Assembly: GCA_029259175.1 (NCBI GenBank) | Contig: JAPDJH010000004.1 | Location: 64,001-128,000 of the forward strand | Reading direction: 5' to 3' | From: Hadesarchaea archaeon | Lineage (GTDB): Archaea > Hadarchaeota > Hadarchaeia > Hadarchaeales > Hadarchaeaceae | Length of the DNA: 64,000 nt | In this document: positions 20,408 to 30,003 of the stretch, in pieces | Position numbering within the stretch: the stretch's first letter is position 1 | Layout: each line of letters opens with the position of its first letter | The notes under the pieces: model-generated | The model's input: only the letters and a program-made list of their open reading frames with translations | Database searches by the model: none | Told to the model about the DNA's origin: nothing | Made by a program: the position numbers and the translations under genes

Positions 20408-21315
20408 TCAGTTGTTTTTTTTATTCCTTGGTTCAAATCTGTCTTGGGTCTCCAACCCAACAACTTCTTAGCTTTAGAATAATCACATACCAATTTTCTT
20501 ATTTCTGCTTGTGGATGCGGATGACGCACATGCCGAATCCTCTTCTTATCCCTACATATGAGAAATGCCAACCGATTGATAGAAATGTCCTGCCCTGTTC
20601 CAGCGTTGATCACCTCCCCCACCGCTTTTTTGTTAGACATAGCTCTGAACAAAAAGTCGGCACAGTCTTCCACATAAAGCAAATCTCTCGTTTGCTTCCC
20701 GTCGCCAAAAACCGTGATAGGTTTCCCCTCCAGTTTCTCCCGTATAAATATACTTACAACGCCTCCTTCCGCATCACTTCTTTGATACGGTCCATAGGTG
20801 TTGAATGGTCTCGTAACTACCACCGGCAACCCATACGTTCTGAAATAGGAAAGAACCAGCTCTTCTCCGGCGAGCTTCGAGCTAGCATAGGGGGACTTCG
20901 GTTTTAACGGATGGGTTTCGCTTATTGCTGCTTTTTTGGCACTATCATAAACCATGCACGTGCTAACAAAAACTAATTTGGTGTCGTGTCTTCTGCACAT
21001 CTCTAACAGATTGTACGTCCCTACAATGTTAATCTGAAATGTCTCTCTAGGATTGTCAATCGACTTTTGAACATTTATTTGGGCTGCGAGATGAATACAC
21101 ACTTTTATGCCTTTGAAAATCCTTGCGAGTTTTTTTGAATTCAAAATATCCGCTTTAACAAACGAGAACTTCTTGTTGTCAGAAAATTCCAAAATATTTT
21201 TTGGACTTCCGCTGCTTAAGTTATCGTATGCTATTACTTCATGCCCTCGAGATAGAAGTTCCTTTACCACCCATCTTCCGATAAATCCAGCACCGCCAGT
21301 AACCAAAATTTTCAA
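20383..21315 (-). CDS. extended SDR epimerase/dehydratase (resembles Bacillus Pal)
   Basis: TGGAGFIGRWVV, HLAAQINVQ, STCMVY, YASSK, HPQAEI. Confidence 0.85.
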   Translation of the reverse strand: MKILVTGGAGFIGRWVVKELLSRGHEVIAYDNLSSGSPKNILEFSDNKKFSFVKADILNSKKLARIFKGIKVCIHLAAQINVQKSIDNPRETFQINIVGTYNLLEMCRRHDTKLVFVSTCMVYDSAKKAAISETHPLKPKSPYASSKLAGEELVLSYFRTYGLPVVVTRPFNTYGPYQRSDAEGGVVSIFIREKLEGKPITVFGDGKQTRDLLYVEDCADFLFRAMSNKKAVGEVINAGTGQDISINRLAFLICRDKKRIRHVRHPHPQAEIRKLVCDYSKAKKLLGWRPKTDLNQGIKKTTEWMKSITG

Positions 21316-22352
21316 AGCAGCCCCTCCGGCAGGGCACTATCCAAAAGTTTTTTGATTTCTTCTTTTTTCAGAGGAGCTTCATCACAGGAACGATATGATT
21401 TGGGCTTGGCTTTTTTTGCGCCCGGATAAATAAACTTTATATTTTTGGAAACAAGTTCACGCATTTCTGGCAAAATTATAAACATCTCCTTGGTTTCCAA
21501 TGCTCGACGCGCTTCATCTTCAGTCATTAGTTCTTCATACAGTTTCTCTCCAGCTTTTCTACCAATTATTTTGATCTTATTCACCCGGTGCCCAAATTTG
21601 GTAGCGTATTTTCGACTCATTACTTCGGCTAAGTCAAGAATACGAATAGCTGGCATCTTGAAAACGAAAATTTCTCCGCCCCGAGCCATTTCAGTTGCCT
21701 TGATAAGCAGTCGGACCGCCTCTCTACTGGACATCACGAATCGCGTCATATTAGGATCGGTAATTGTCAACGGCTTTCCCTGCTCCAGCTGTTTGAGGAA
21801 AGTATTTGTAACAGATCCGCTGGACCAGAGCACATTTCCAAATCTAACACTCGAAAAAACCGATTTCCTCGGTCCTTTATAATAGTTGGCAGCAATGATC
21901 AGCCGCTCGCAAAGAAGTTTGGTCGCCCCCATCACGTTTACAGGGTTCACAGCTTTATCGCTGCTCGTGAATATTACTTTCTCAACCTCGGCTTGGATAG
22001 CTACATCTATCACATTCTCCGTGCCTATAACGTTCGTTTTTACAGCCTCAAATGGATTGTACTCACAACTCTCGACGTGTTTCAAGGCCGCCGCATGAAA
22101 GATGATGTCTATGCCGTCGACAGCGTAGCGCAATCTATCTTTGTCTTTTATATCACCCAGTAAAAATCGAACATTCTCCTCTCCATCCAACTGTTGGCGA
22201 AGGACAAATAGCCGTGTTTCATCAGAGTCAAAGATACGTACGACTTTTGGCCCTAATTTTAATAGTTCCTTGACTAGTACGGATCCTATTGATCCAGCGC
22301 CTCCTGTGACCAAGACTCTTTTCCCCTCTAGAAACTTGGATCTTTCTTTCAT
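21312..22352 (-). CDS. UDP-GlcNAc 4,6-dehydratase family (PseB/Pen/CapD-like)
   Basis: TGGAGSIG, AALKHV, SSDKAV, MGATK, RFGNV, GEKLYEEL. Confidence 0.88.
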   Translation of the reverse strand: MKERSKFLEGKRVLVTGGAGSIGSVLVKELLKLGPKVVRIFDSDETRLFVLRQQLDGEENVRFLLGDIKDKDRLRYAVDGIDIIFHAAALKHVESCEYNPFEAVKTNVIGTENVIDVAIQAEVEKVIFTSSDKAVNPVNVMGATKLLCERLIIAANYYKGPRKSVFSSVRFGNVLWSSGSVTNTFLKQLEQGKPLTITDPNMTRFVMSSREAVRLLIKATEMARGGEIFVFKMPAIRILDLAEVMSRKYATKFGHRVNKIKIIGRKAGEKLYEELMTEDEARRALETKEMFIILPEMRELVSKNIKFIYPGAKKAKPKSYRSCDEAPLKKEEIKKLLDSALPEGLL

Positions 22353-22532
22353 TTCTAGGACCTCACTTCTATTTTTTTCCCCTCATATAAATTCGTTAGA
22401 CGCTGTTTTCTGGAAAGTGCTCTTACTATATTTCAGACTGCCTTCGCTAAATGAAAACTCCTCATCGTTTAGTATGGATGTGAGAGTAACTCGGATCCTC
22501 TGTTCTCGAACTACATAACACGCCAACATTGT

Positions 22533-23522
22533 CTAATAAAACCATTTGAAAACAAACCTTGTCAACGGCACGAGAAAATGTTTTGGGACTATTTTAAGCC
22601 ATCGGGGCGGTTTTGAGAGTTTTTGAACCGTATTAGAACAAGTATAGACAGGTTTCGCAGTTCCTCCCCAAGCAGCTTTGAACCAGTAATGCGAAGTCTC
22701 AGGAACTGAAGTGCCGAAATCCACGATATCGACATCTGCATCACACGCTCTTTTTATAATTTCCGAGTACAGCGCATTGTTCGGCGCCAAGTGCAGATAT
22801 TCTTTCTGAGAAGCATTGCTCCATATGTGAACTCTCTTGTTGAAAGAAAACGTCAACAATCCGGCAATCAGTTCCCCGTTGTATCGAGCGGCGAACATTT
22901 GAAATTTTTCACCTAAAAGGTCCGCAATATTGGTGAAAAAACTCAAATGATGTGGTAGCGCCGATAATCTACGCATGGTCTCTATGTAGATCTTGTAATA
23001 TTCCTTGAGAAAACTTCTCGACGTTTCTCTTTCTATAACCACGCCTGATTTTGTCGCCTTGCGGACGGAATTTCTTACTTTTTTTGAGAAATTCTCCATC
23101 CATATCGAATCAAACGAACGTCTGGTGTCCAACCAAAACGTGTCGACAAAGTGATATGCGTGTAGCTTCGGTAACTTGTCCAAAGAATAAATCACAACGT
23201 TCAATCCTTGCTCAGCACAATACTTCAAAACAAACTCCATTAATTGCATGCACGCTTTTTCTTCTCCCAAGGGACCAGCATAATCCGTGAACGGAATCGA
23301 GACAAGTCTTCGGCGGAAAGGATTTTTTGTAATGATCGCTGGCATCGCTGCTTTCATCTCTCCGCTTTCCCGAACACAGAAATAGAGCGGCTTATATCCA
23401 TACGTTTTGTGAAGTATTTCCGGCCACTCATATAACTGAAAAATCGAACCACCGTTTAATTCTACAAATCGGTTCCATTCGTCTTTGTTAGCAAAAGTTT
23501 CAAAAATTATTTCGCTAGTCAT
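22533..23522 (-). CDS. FemAB-like GNAT acyl/aminoacyltransferase
   Basis: SIPFTDYAGP, KKVRNSVRKA, APNNALY, DFGTS, WFKAAWG. Confidence 0.78.
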   Translation of the reverse strand: MTSEIIFETFANKDEWNRFVELNGGSIFQLYEWPEILHKTYGYKPLYFCVRESGEMKAAMPAIITKNPFRRRLVSIPFTDYAGPLGEEKACMQLMEFVLKYCAEQGLNVVIYSLDKLPKLHAYHFVDTFWLDTRRSFDSIWMENFSKKVRNSVRKATKSGVVIERETSRSFLKEYYKIYIETMRRLSALPHHLSFFTNIADLLGEKFQMFAARYNGELIAGLLTFSFNKRVHIWSNASQKEYLHLAPNNALYSEIIKRACDADVDIVDFGTSVPETSHYWFKAAWGGTAKPVYTCSNTVQKLSKPPRWLKIVPKHFLVPLTRFVFKWFY

Positions 23523-24690
23523 CGCCTAAACCCCGCTCTAATGCATCTTCGAGACAAGATACGATGTAATCTATATCTCGTCTCGAAAAGAAGTGATGAA
23601 ACGGTAAATTAAGTATGGATCTTGACAGCTTGATTGCACTAGGATATTGATCTTGCCGAAGGCGATATTTTCCTACCAATTCTTTTGAAATCACTGGTAT
23701 GTTATGCCATATCTTATCACACAGCACTCCGTTCATCTCCATTATTTCGAACACATAATCTCTAATTTCTGGGTTTGAAAGTCTAACAGAAAAATTCATC
23801 CAAGATGGTTGACCCACCATTGACTGGGGGAAAACTTTTCCAATTTTACCCGCTTTCTTCCGGTAGTATGGAGCAAGCTTAGCTTTCTTTTTCACCATCT
23901 CTGGAATTCTATCCAAGTAGTAGTTAAATATCGCCAAAACGAAAGCATTGCTTCTTTTTATGGGAACCAATCGTTCTTCCAATTTTGCCTTCGAACTCTT
24001 TGACAATTTTATTAACTTTCCTACCGCTTTTCCCACTACACGCGGAGCAATCCCAAGGGAAAGCGATAGCATACCTATTTCAAACATCCCGATTTCTTCT
24101 CTTTTCCCTCGAAACTCTCTGAAGAACTCTTTATTGTTTATAACCAAAAATGCACCCCCCATGTTAGGAATTGTTTTATACATACTAAACAATGCAAAAT
24201 CACCAAAATTTCCCACCATTTGTCCCCGATATCTTGCACCCAGCGCATGGGCACAATCTTCGATTAACAGGAAACCATATTCTTCTTTCAAGTCGAGAAT
24301 TGGTTTGAGATCGCAAGGAGCGCCATACGTGTGGATAATTAAAACAGCTGCTGTTTTTCTACTTACCTTTTCTTGAATCTCGTTCAGATCAACATTGAAT
24401 GTCTTTAAATCCGCATCTAAAAAAATTGGCCGAATCTTCTCTTTCAAAATCAATTGAGTGAAAAAAGGACAAGAGTATGCTGGGAGAAGGACTTCTTTAC
24501 CTTGGAGACCCATCACCCGAAAGGCGTATTGAAGGGCAGATCTTCCCATGTTGAAATCCAGCACAAGCGAATCGGGAAAGAGCGACCTCATTTTGCTCTT
24601 GAAGTATGCTTCTTGATCAACTTCAGAGAAAAACCGGCATATGTCCTGAAACTCCTTCATGGACATCCGGGGATGGATCGTGTATTTCAT
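23515..24690 (-). CDS. DegT/DnrJ-family PLP-dependent protein
   Basis: GRSAL, IEDCAHALG, FSMYKT, LNLP. Confidence 0.8.
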   Translation of the reverse strand: MKYTIHPRMSMKEFQDICRFFSEVDQEAYFKSKMRSLFPDSLVLDFNMGRSALQYAFRVMGLQGKEVLLPAYSCPFFTQLILKEKIRPIFLDADLKTFNVDLNEIQEKVSRKTAAVLIIHTYGAPCDLKPILDLKEEYGFLLIEDCAHALGARYRGQMVGNFGDFALFSMYKTIPNMGGAFLVINNKEFFREFRGKREEIGMFEIGMLSLSLGIAPRVVGKAVGKLIKLSKSSKAKLEERLVPIKRSNAFVLAIFNYYLDRIPEMVKKKAKLAPYYRKKAGKIGKVFPQSMVGQPSWMNFSVRLSNPEIRDYVFEIMEMNGVLCDKIWHNIPVISKELVGKYRLRQDQYPSAIKLSRSILNLPFHHFFSRRDIDYIVSCLEDALERGLGDD

Positions 24691-25628
24691 GAAATCAGCT
24701 TCCTTAGTTTTTGCATAGTCACAAATTTGATCTTATACTTTTCCTTCAAATTTAGAATAAATCGTGACAGTAACTGGGCGTTGTTTTTTGCAGCATATGC
24801 TAGAGGTTTGCTTGGAAGCGGGATTCCAGCAAACTCCCATTCGTGAGTCAGCATAACTAGATGGGGTTTCACGCCACGAGAAATTTGATAGTTGACTATG
24901 AAATTCACGAATTCTATGCTCCACCCGACACCACGCTGGACTAATAATTTGGTGTTTAGGAAATCGAAGTGGAGATGAGGGAGTGGGAGAAAAGCAATTC
25001 TTGGTCTCGGGTTAGCTGACACCGGAATTTCTACTAACGAATCGTTTCCGACAAAAGAGGGACACGGTGGAACCCCATAGTAGGCTGGGGCAGAAGAATC
25101 TACTTTGAAACCAAACTCGTCGAGCAATGCGAGCGTTTCTAGATTGGCTACCAGATATGGCGCTCTAAAGGATCTTGCCCTAACCCCCAACTTTTTCTTG
25201 ATTATGCGAATAGATCTTTGAAGCAGTTCTTCCTTCCGTTCTGGGCTCAAAACATGAACATCGGGCAGCCACCATTGTGGGTCGCCCCAGCACTCATGTG
25301 CATAGCCGTGCAAACCGATTTCGTGATGTCTCTTAATTTTACAAAAACACTCGGGGAATTGCTCACATAACTTGGATAGAATGAAAAACGTAGCAGGGGC
25401 CCGTATAGTATTTAACATTTTCAGCAAGTTTGAAAGTCCTTTGTGTAGTGATTGAAAATCGGTTGAACGGTTCAACCCAAAATCAGATTCGACGTCCACG
25501 GTGAACGAAAAGAGTAGTTCCTCATTTGGTTCATCTGGAGAAATCTGGGTGCTGGGGACTGGCTTCATTTTGAATAACCACAAGAGATTCCTCCGATCTT
25601 TCATCAAATCGAGTATAATTCTCAACAT
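24687..25628 (-). CDS. polysaccharide deacetylase
   Basis: TVDVE, ATFF, HEIGLHGYAH, SFRAP, THEWE. Confidence 0.82.
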   Translation of the reverse strand: MLRIILDLMKDRRNLLWLFKMKPVPSTQISPDEPNEELLFSFTVDVESDFGLNRSTDFQSLHKGLSNLLKMLNTIRAPATFFILSKLCEQFPECFCKIKRHHEIGLHGYAHECWGDPQWWLPDVHVLSPERKEELLQRSIRIIKKKLGVRARSFRAPYLVANLETLALLDEFGFKVDSSAPAYYGVPPCPSFVGNDSLVEIPVSANPRPRIAFLPLPHLHFDFLNTKLLVQRGVGWSIEFVNFIVNYQISRGVKPHLVMLTHEWEFAGIPLPSKPLAYAAKNNAQLLSRFILNLKEKYKIKFVTMQKLRKLIS

Positions 25629-25640
25629 GAGGTCTCCTTC

Positions 25641-26822
25641 TCATTTTTGCGATTCTATAACCTTTTTATATAATTGGAGTGTTTTTTCAGCTACCACATC
25701 CCAATCAAATTTTTCTACAAATTTTCTACCCCATTTTCCCATTCTCTCTCTTTTTTGTCTGTCCTGCAAAAGTTGAATTATTTTTTCCGCTATAAAATCT
25801 GGTCTCCCCGGATTTACAAGATATCCGTTTTTTCCATCCTTGATCAAGTTCAGGACTCCCGACCCCTTCACTCTAATTCCGATAACTGGAAGATATGCAG
25901 CCATGGCTTCTTTTAGAACTATGCCTTCGCCCTCAAAAGTGCTTGGAAGCACAAAAACCTCCGACTCTTTATAATGCTTTACTACTCCCTCATAAGTTGG
26001 TGTAAGCCCCCCAAATACTACTTTACCGTTCAGTCCCAAGTCTCTGACAAGAGCTTCAAGCTTGGGTCTTTCCGGTCCGTCTCCAATTATTTTCAGCCGG
26101 GCATCCGGAAACCTCTCCAGAACTTCTTTGAACGCCATTATCAACCAATCAACATGTTTATAGTTCACTAAACGCCCCACATACAAAATCTGGCGCCGGC
26201 ATTTTTTTACACGAACAGAATCGAATAACTTTAAATCAACACCATTAGGGATAACTGTTATATTTTTCTCACGCACACCTAGTCGAATTAATTTTTCTTT
26301 GCACTGTTGTGAAACAGCTATGATCTCTCCATTAAAAATCCGCACTGAGAGAAGGTTTACCAAGTATCCAACACCGCCCCACAGTAGCGAATGCTGTGAT
26401 TCCACCATTCCTTTGAAAGAAAAAACATCGTGGAAAGTTCGAATTATCGAAACTTTCCTCCCCAATTTTCCGATCTTGCCTGCAAATACTGGAAAATAAG
26501 CATTGCAATGAACTATATCTACCCCAAACTTGCGGATGTAAAAACCTGTTTTTAAAATATAAGACAACACGGGGGCAATGGTTTTTTGAGCTTCACCACC
26601 CCGTTGTGGATCTCTTGTCAAACCAACCCTGTAAACATGAACTCCATCCTGATACTCATAAAAAGGCTGTTCTGGAAATCGGCACGTCAAAACATATACT
26701 TGGTGACCCCGTTTGGCCACCCGCCTAGATATTTCATAAAACTGCTTTTCGCCGCCGCCCCATACTCCCAACCCACGCTTTGGATCAGGATAAATTTCCG
26801 TCACATAGAGAATTCTCATCAT
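25641..26822 (-). CDS. glycosyltransferase family 4
   Basis: GGGE, IPNGVD, YVGRL, EGEGIVLKEAMA. Confidence 0.9.
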   Translation of the reverse strand: MMRILYVTEIYPDPKRGLGVWGGGEKQFYEISRRVAKRGHQVYVLTCRFPEQPFYEYQDGVHVYRVGLTRDPQRGGEAQKTIAPVLSYILKTGFYIRKFGVDIVHCNAYFPVFAGKIGKLGRKVSIIRTFHDVFSFKGMVESQHSLLWGGVGYLVNLLSVRIFNGEIIAVSQQCKEKLIRLGVREKNITVIPNGVDLKLFDSVRVKKCRRQILYVGRLVNYKHVDWLIMAFKEVLERFPDARLKIIGDGPERPKLEALVRDLGLNGKVVFGGLTPTYEGVVKHYKESEVFVLPSTFEGEGIVLKEAMAAYLPVIGIRVKGSGVLNLIKDGKNGYLVNPGRPDFIAEKIIQLLQDRQKRERMGKWGRKFVEKFDWDVVAEKTLQLYKKVIESQK

Positions 26823-26851
26823 TTGGAGGTTTCTCTTTTTATGTAAAATAA

Positions 26852-27523
26852 TTATTGTTTAGCCAATATGCCGCTCACACGCAATTTTATCAGTTTGAAG
26901 AAGATGTTTATTCCACTGGCAATAGTGGTGCCTCTAGCTTTGGAATAAGGAGTAAAAAAACAACGAACAGGGACTCCAACCACTTTCATGTTTTTTAGTT
27001 TTGCTTGAATCAGAATTTCGGATGATACCTCGTATCGAGAGCTTCTAATTTTTATATTTTGAAGGGCTTTTTTGCTGAAAACCCTCAATCCAGACTGCGA
27101 ATCCATCAGATATCCTCCCAGCATTCTAGTTATGAAATTCAAGAGAAAATTTCCGACCCGCTTATGAAAAGGAGGATTGACAAACACACGTTGACCGATA
27201 ACCAAATCAGCGTTTTTCAAATTTTTAACAAGCTGACGCACGGCTTTTGGATCGTGCTGACCATCCGCATCAAAAGTCACGACACAGTCCGCTCCTAACT
27301 CGCGTGCTTTTGAAAGACCCGTCCGTAACGCGGCACCCAATCCCATGTTGCGCGGGTGTCTGACCACAATTGCGCCCATGCGTTTAGCAATCGATCCAGT
27401 ACGGTCTTTAGAGCCGTCGTCAACAACGATGATATTGTGCCAGCCCTCGGCCTTCAGCTCTTTTAACACCTTGCCTATCATTCGCTCCTCGTTGTATGCC
27501 GGAATGACGATCCAAACTTTCAC
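26852..27523 (-). CDS. glycosyltransferase family 2 (dolichol-phosphate mannosyltransferase-like)
   Basis: IPAYNEE, VVDDGS, DADGQH, DSQSG. Confidence 0.9.
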   Translation of the reverse strand: MKVWIVIPAYNEERMIGKVLKELKAEGWHNIIVVDDGSKDRTGSIAKRMGAIVVRHPRNMGLGAALRTGLSKARELGADCVVTFDADGQHDPKAVRQLVKNLKNADLVIGQRVFVNPPFHKRVGNFLLNFITRMLGGYLMDSQSGLRVFSKKALQNIKIRSSRYEVSSEILIQAKLKNMKVVGVPVRCFFTPYSKARGTTIASGINIFFKLIKLRVSGILAKQ

Positions 27524-28443
27524 GTGAGAGCCCCCAGCAGTTTTTTGACTCCTTCTTCGACCTTTACTTTTGGTTTAAAGTTCAGGACAGATCGGGCCTT
27601 TTGAATGTCAGCACAACTATACAGGATATCTCCCGGACGCGGTGGAAGGTAAACCGGTGCTAGATTTTTCCCGGCTACTTTAAGGAATATCTCACATAGC
27701 TTGTTGATTGAGGTCTGAATCCCCGTGCCAACGTTTATTATCTCTCCAGCTGGGCCCCGATCCACAGCCAACAGGGTTGCGTCGACTACATCATCTACAA
27801 AAATAAAGTCTCTCGTTTGCTTTCCATCTCCGTAAATGACCGGTGGCTCTCCCCGCAGTATTTTTTCACGGAATTTTATCATGACACCCGCATATTCTCC
27901 TGGAGGCTGTCGAGGGCCGTAAACGTTGAAGTAACGGAGAATAACAACGGGACAACCTTGCGTCTTCCATGACTGGACACATTTCATTTCAGCCTTCAAT
28001 TTAGACTCAGCGTACGGTGTAAGCGGATTGGGGGGAGCATCCTCCGGAGTAGGAATGGTCTCGGCATTCCCATAAACCGCACAGGAGGAAGCAAACACCA
28101 CCCGATCCACTTCTTGCTTGACAGCTTCCTCGATCAAATTCGAAGTCCCTTCCACATTTACATCGTAAGTGATCTCCGGATGTTCCACCGAAAACGGAAC
28201 ACTAACGATGGCCGCCTCGTGTATTGCTGCATCTACGTCTACAAGAGCTTCACGGATGTCCTCGGGTCTCCTCACGTCGCCTTTTATTAGCTCGAACCTT
28301 GGATTTCCCTCGTGTTGTTTCAAATTTTCCATTCGACCTGAACTGAAATTGTCGAGCACTACCACCTCATCACCGCGGCTCAGAAGCGCATCCACCAGAT
28401 GAGAGCCTATGAAACCGGCGCCGCCAGTCACCAATACGCGCAT
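27520..28443 (-). CDS. UDP-glucose 4-epimerase-like SDR
   Basis: MRVLVTGGAGFIGSH, YAESK, RYFNVYGP; real start at 28443, upstream extension is the shadow of the YjbQ gene. Confidence 0.88.
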   Translation of the reverse strand: MRVLVTGGAGFIGSHLVDALLSRGDEVVVLDNFSSGRMENLKQHEGNPRFELIKGDVRRPEDIREALVDVDAAIHEAAIVSVPFSVEHPEITYDVNVEGTSNLIEEAVKQEVDRVVFASSCAVYGNAETIPTPEDAPPNPLTPYAESKLKAEMKCVQSWKTQGCPVVILRYFNVYGPRQPPGEYAGVMIKFREKILRGEPPVIYGDGKQTRDFIFVDDVVDATLLAVDRGPAGEIINVGTGIQTSINKLCEIFLKVAGKNLAPVYLPPRPGDILYSCADIQKARSVLNFKPKVKVEEGVKKLLGALT

Positions 28444-28504
28444 GGACTCAACACCCTCTACGTTTAGGGTTATAAAAATCCCCGAACATATTGTTTTTGA
28501 TTCT

Positions 28505-28915
28505 ATGCGCACGTGGTACCGCGAGCTGACTTTCTCCACCAAGCAACGCCAAGAGATAGTGGATGTCACTTCGCTGGTGCTCAAGGCGGTGCGAGATTCG
28601 AAGATAAAAAATGGCATTCTGGTCGTGCAGCTGCCACACGCCACAGCTTCCCTTGTGCTAAACGAGAACGAGAGCGGTTTGAAGCAAGACCTGCTGGAAA
28701 AGCTGGATGACCTGATTCCGGTGCGAGGCGGATACCAGCACGACCGGATAGACGACAATGCCCATTCCCACCTAAAGGCGGCGCTCATCGGTTCTAGCCG
28801 GGTTCTCCCGGTGGTCGACGGTGAGGTGATCCGCGGCACGTGGCAGAACTTTTTGGTCATCGAGCAGGACGGTCCACGAACTCGGAGACTTGCCATCTTC
28901 ATCATGGGTGAGTGA
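28505..28915 (+). CDS. yjbQ: YjbQ / secondary thiamine-phosphate synthase family protein
   Basis: PHATASLVLNE, YQHD, NAHSHLK, GTWQ, DGPR. Confidence 0.9.
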   Translation: MRTWYRELTFSTKQRQEIVDVTSLVLKAVRDSKIKNGILVVQLPHATASLVLNENESGLKQDLLEKLDDLIPVRGGYQHDRIDDNAHSHLKAALIGSSRVLPVVDGEVIRGTWQNFLVIEQDGPRTRRLAIFIMGE

Positions 28916-29467
28916 ATGGGTGCTCTCTACTTGGACATCGAAACCACTTCGCGGAAAGCCGACGAGGGATTCATCATAACCATCGGCGTGCTTCGCGATC
29001 AGGAGCCGGAGCTCGTGTTTGCCGGAACTCCCGAAGAAGAAAAGCAAGCGCTGCTGTGGCTCAAAGAGCGCCTCCAAGGTTGCAATCTCATCGTCACGTG
29101 GTACGGCTCGGGCTTCGACATTCCGTTCATCTTGACACGGGCACTACACCACGAAATCGAGCTACGGGAGCTACTAGAAATCCCTATGCTGGATCTGTGT
29201 GAGTGGAGCAAGGCAAACCTGTTGCTTTCGAGCAACTCGCTCCAATCGGTCGCTCGCTTTTTGGGCGTGTGGGAGGCCGGAAACTTCGCCGGTCCCGATG
29301 TGGGCACGCTTTACAAGCTCTACGTGCACGGAAACCCCGAGGGCAGAACGCTCATCATGCAGCACTGCCGTGAAGACCTCATTCTGCTCAAGCGAGTTCA
29401 TGAAAAGCTCAAACCTGTGGTGGAGCACTCCGGGGGATTTGCACGGAATCACTCATCCAAAGAATAA
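28916..29467 (+). CDS. YprB-like ribonuclease H-like (RNase_H_2) exonuclease
   Basis: YLDIETT, VTWYGSGFDIPF, HCREDL. Confidence 0.82.
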   Translation: MGALYLDIETTSRKADEGFIITIGVLRDQEPELVFAGTPEEEKQALLWLKERLQGCNLIVTWYGSGFDIPFILTRALHHEIELRELLEIPMLDLCEWSKANLLLSSNSLQSVARFLGVWEAGNFAGPDVGTLYKLYVHGNPEGRTLIMQHCREDLILLKRVHEKLKPVVEHSGGFARNHSSKE

Positions 29468-30003
29468 ATCAGTGCAAGCTGTGCAGGCTTCACCGCGGGC
29501 GAACCCATGCGGTTCCGGGAGAGGGCTCTCTGAACGCCAGCGTGCTCTTCGTTGGTGAGGCGCCGGGTTTTAACGAGGACAAACAGGGGCGGCCGTTCGT
29601 GGGCGCGGCCGGAAAGTTTCTGAACGAACTCTTAGAAATTGCCGGGCTGAAGCGCGAGCAGGTGTACATCACCAACGTGGTTAAGTGTCGGCCACCAGGC
29701 AACCGCGACCCCATGGACGACGAGATCGAGATCTGCACGACCAACTATTTGCAACACCAGTTCAGAATGATCAAGCCTCGCCTCACTGTGGCGCTGGGAA
29801 GGATTTCTGGCCGTGTCTTGCTTGGACGTCCTGTTCTGATGGCCCGAGACCACGGGGAAGTTTACCCGTGCACATATGCCGGTGTGAACCACCGCCTGTT
29901 TCTTACCTACCATCCGGCCGCCGGACTCTACGGAGCGGAAACCAAGCGAAAGCTGATCAGAGATTTCCAGAAACTCAGGGCCCTCGTCAAGGACCTCGCG
30001 TGA
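29437..30003 (+). CDS. udg: family 4 uracil-DNA glycosylase (start uncertain)
   Basis: CKLC...VPGEG...FVGEAPG, RPFVG, NVVKCRPPGNR, YHPAA; conserved N-terminus lies upstream of the first canonical start (29542). Confidence 0.88.
   Translation: MCTESLIQRINQCKLCRLHRGRTHAVPGEGSLNASVLFVGEAPGFNEDKQGRPFVGAAGKFLNELLEIAGLKREQVYITNVVKCRPPGNRDPMDDEIEICTTNYLQHQFRMIKPRLTVALGRISGRVLLGRPVLMARDHGEVYPCTYAGVNHRLFLTYHPAAGLYGAETKRKLIRDFQKLRALVKDLA

Noticed and set aside
28444-28905. Apparent 153-aa N-terminal extension of the epimerase
   Set aside because: Antisense to yjbQ; the true start is MRVLVTGG at 28443.
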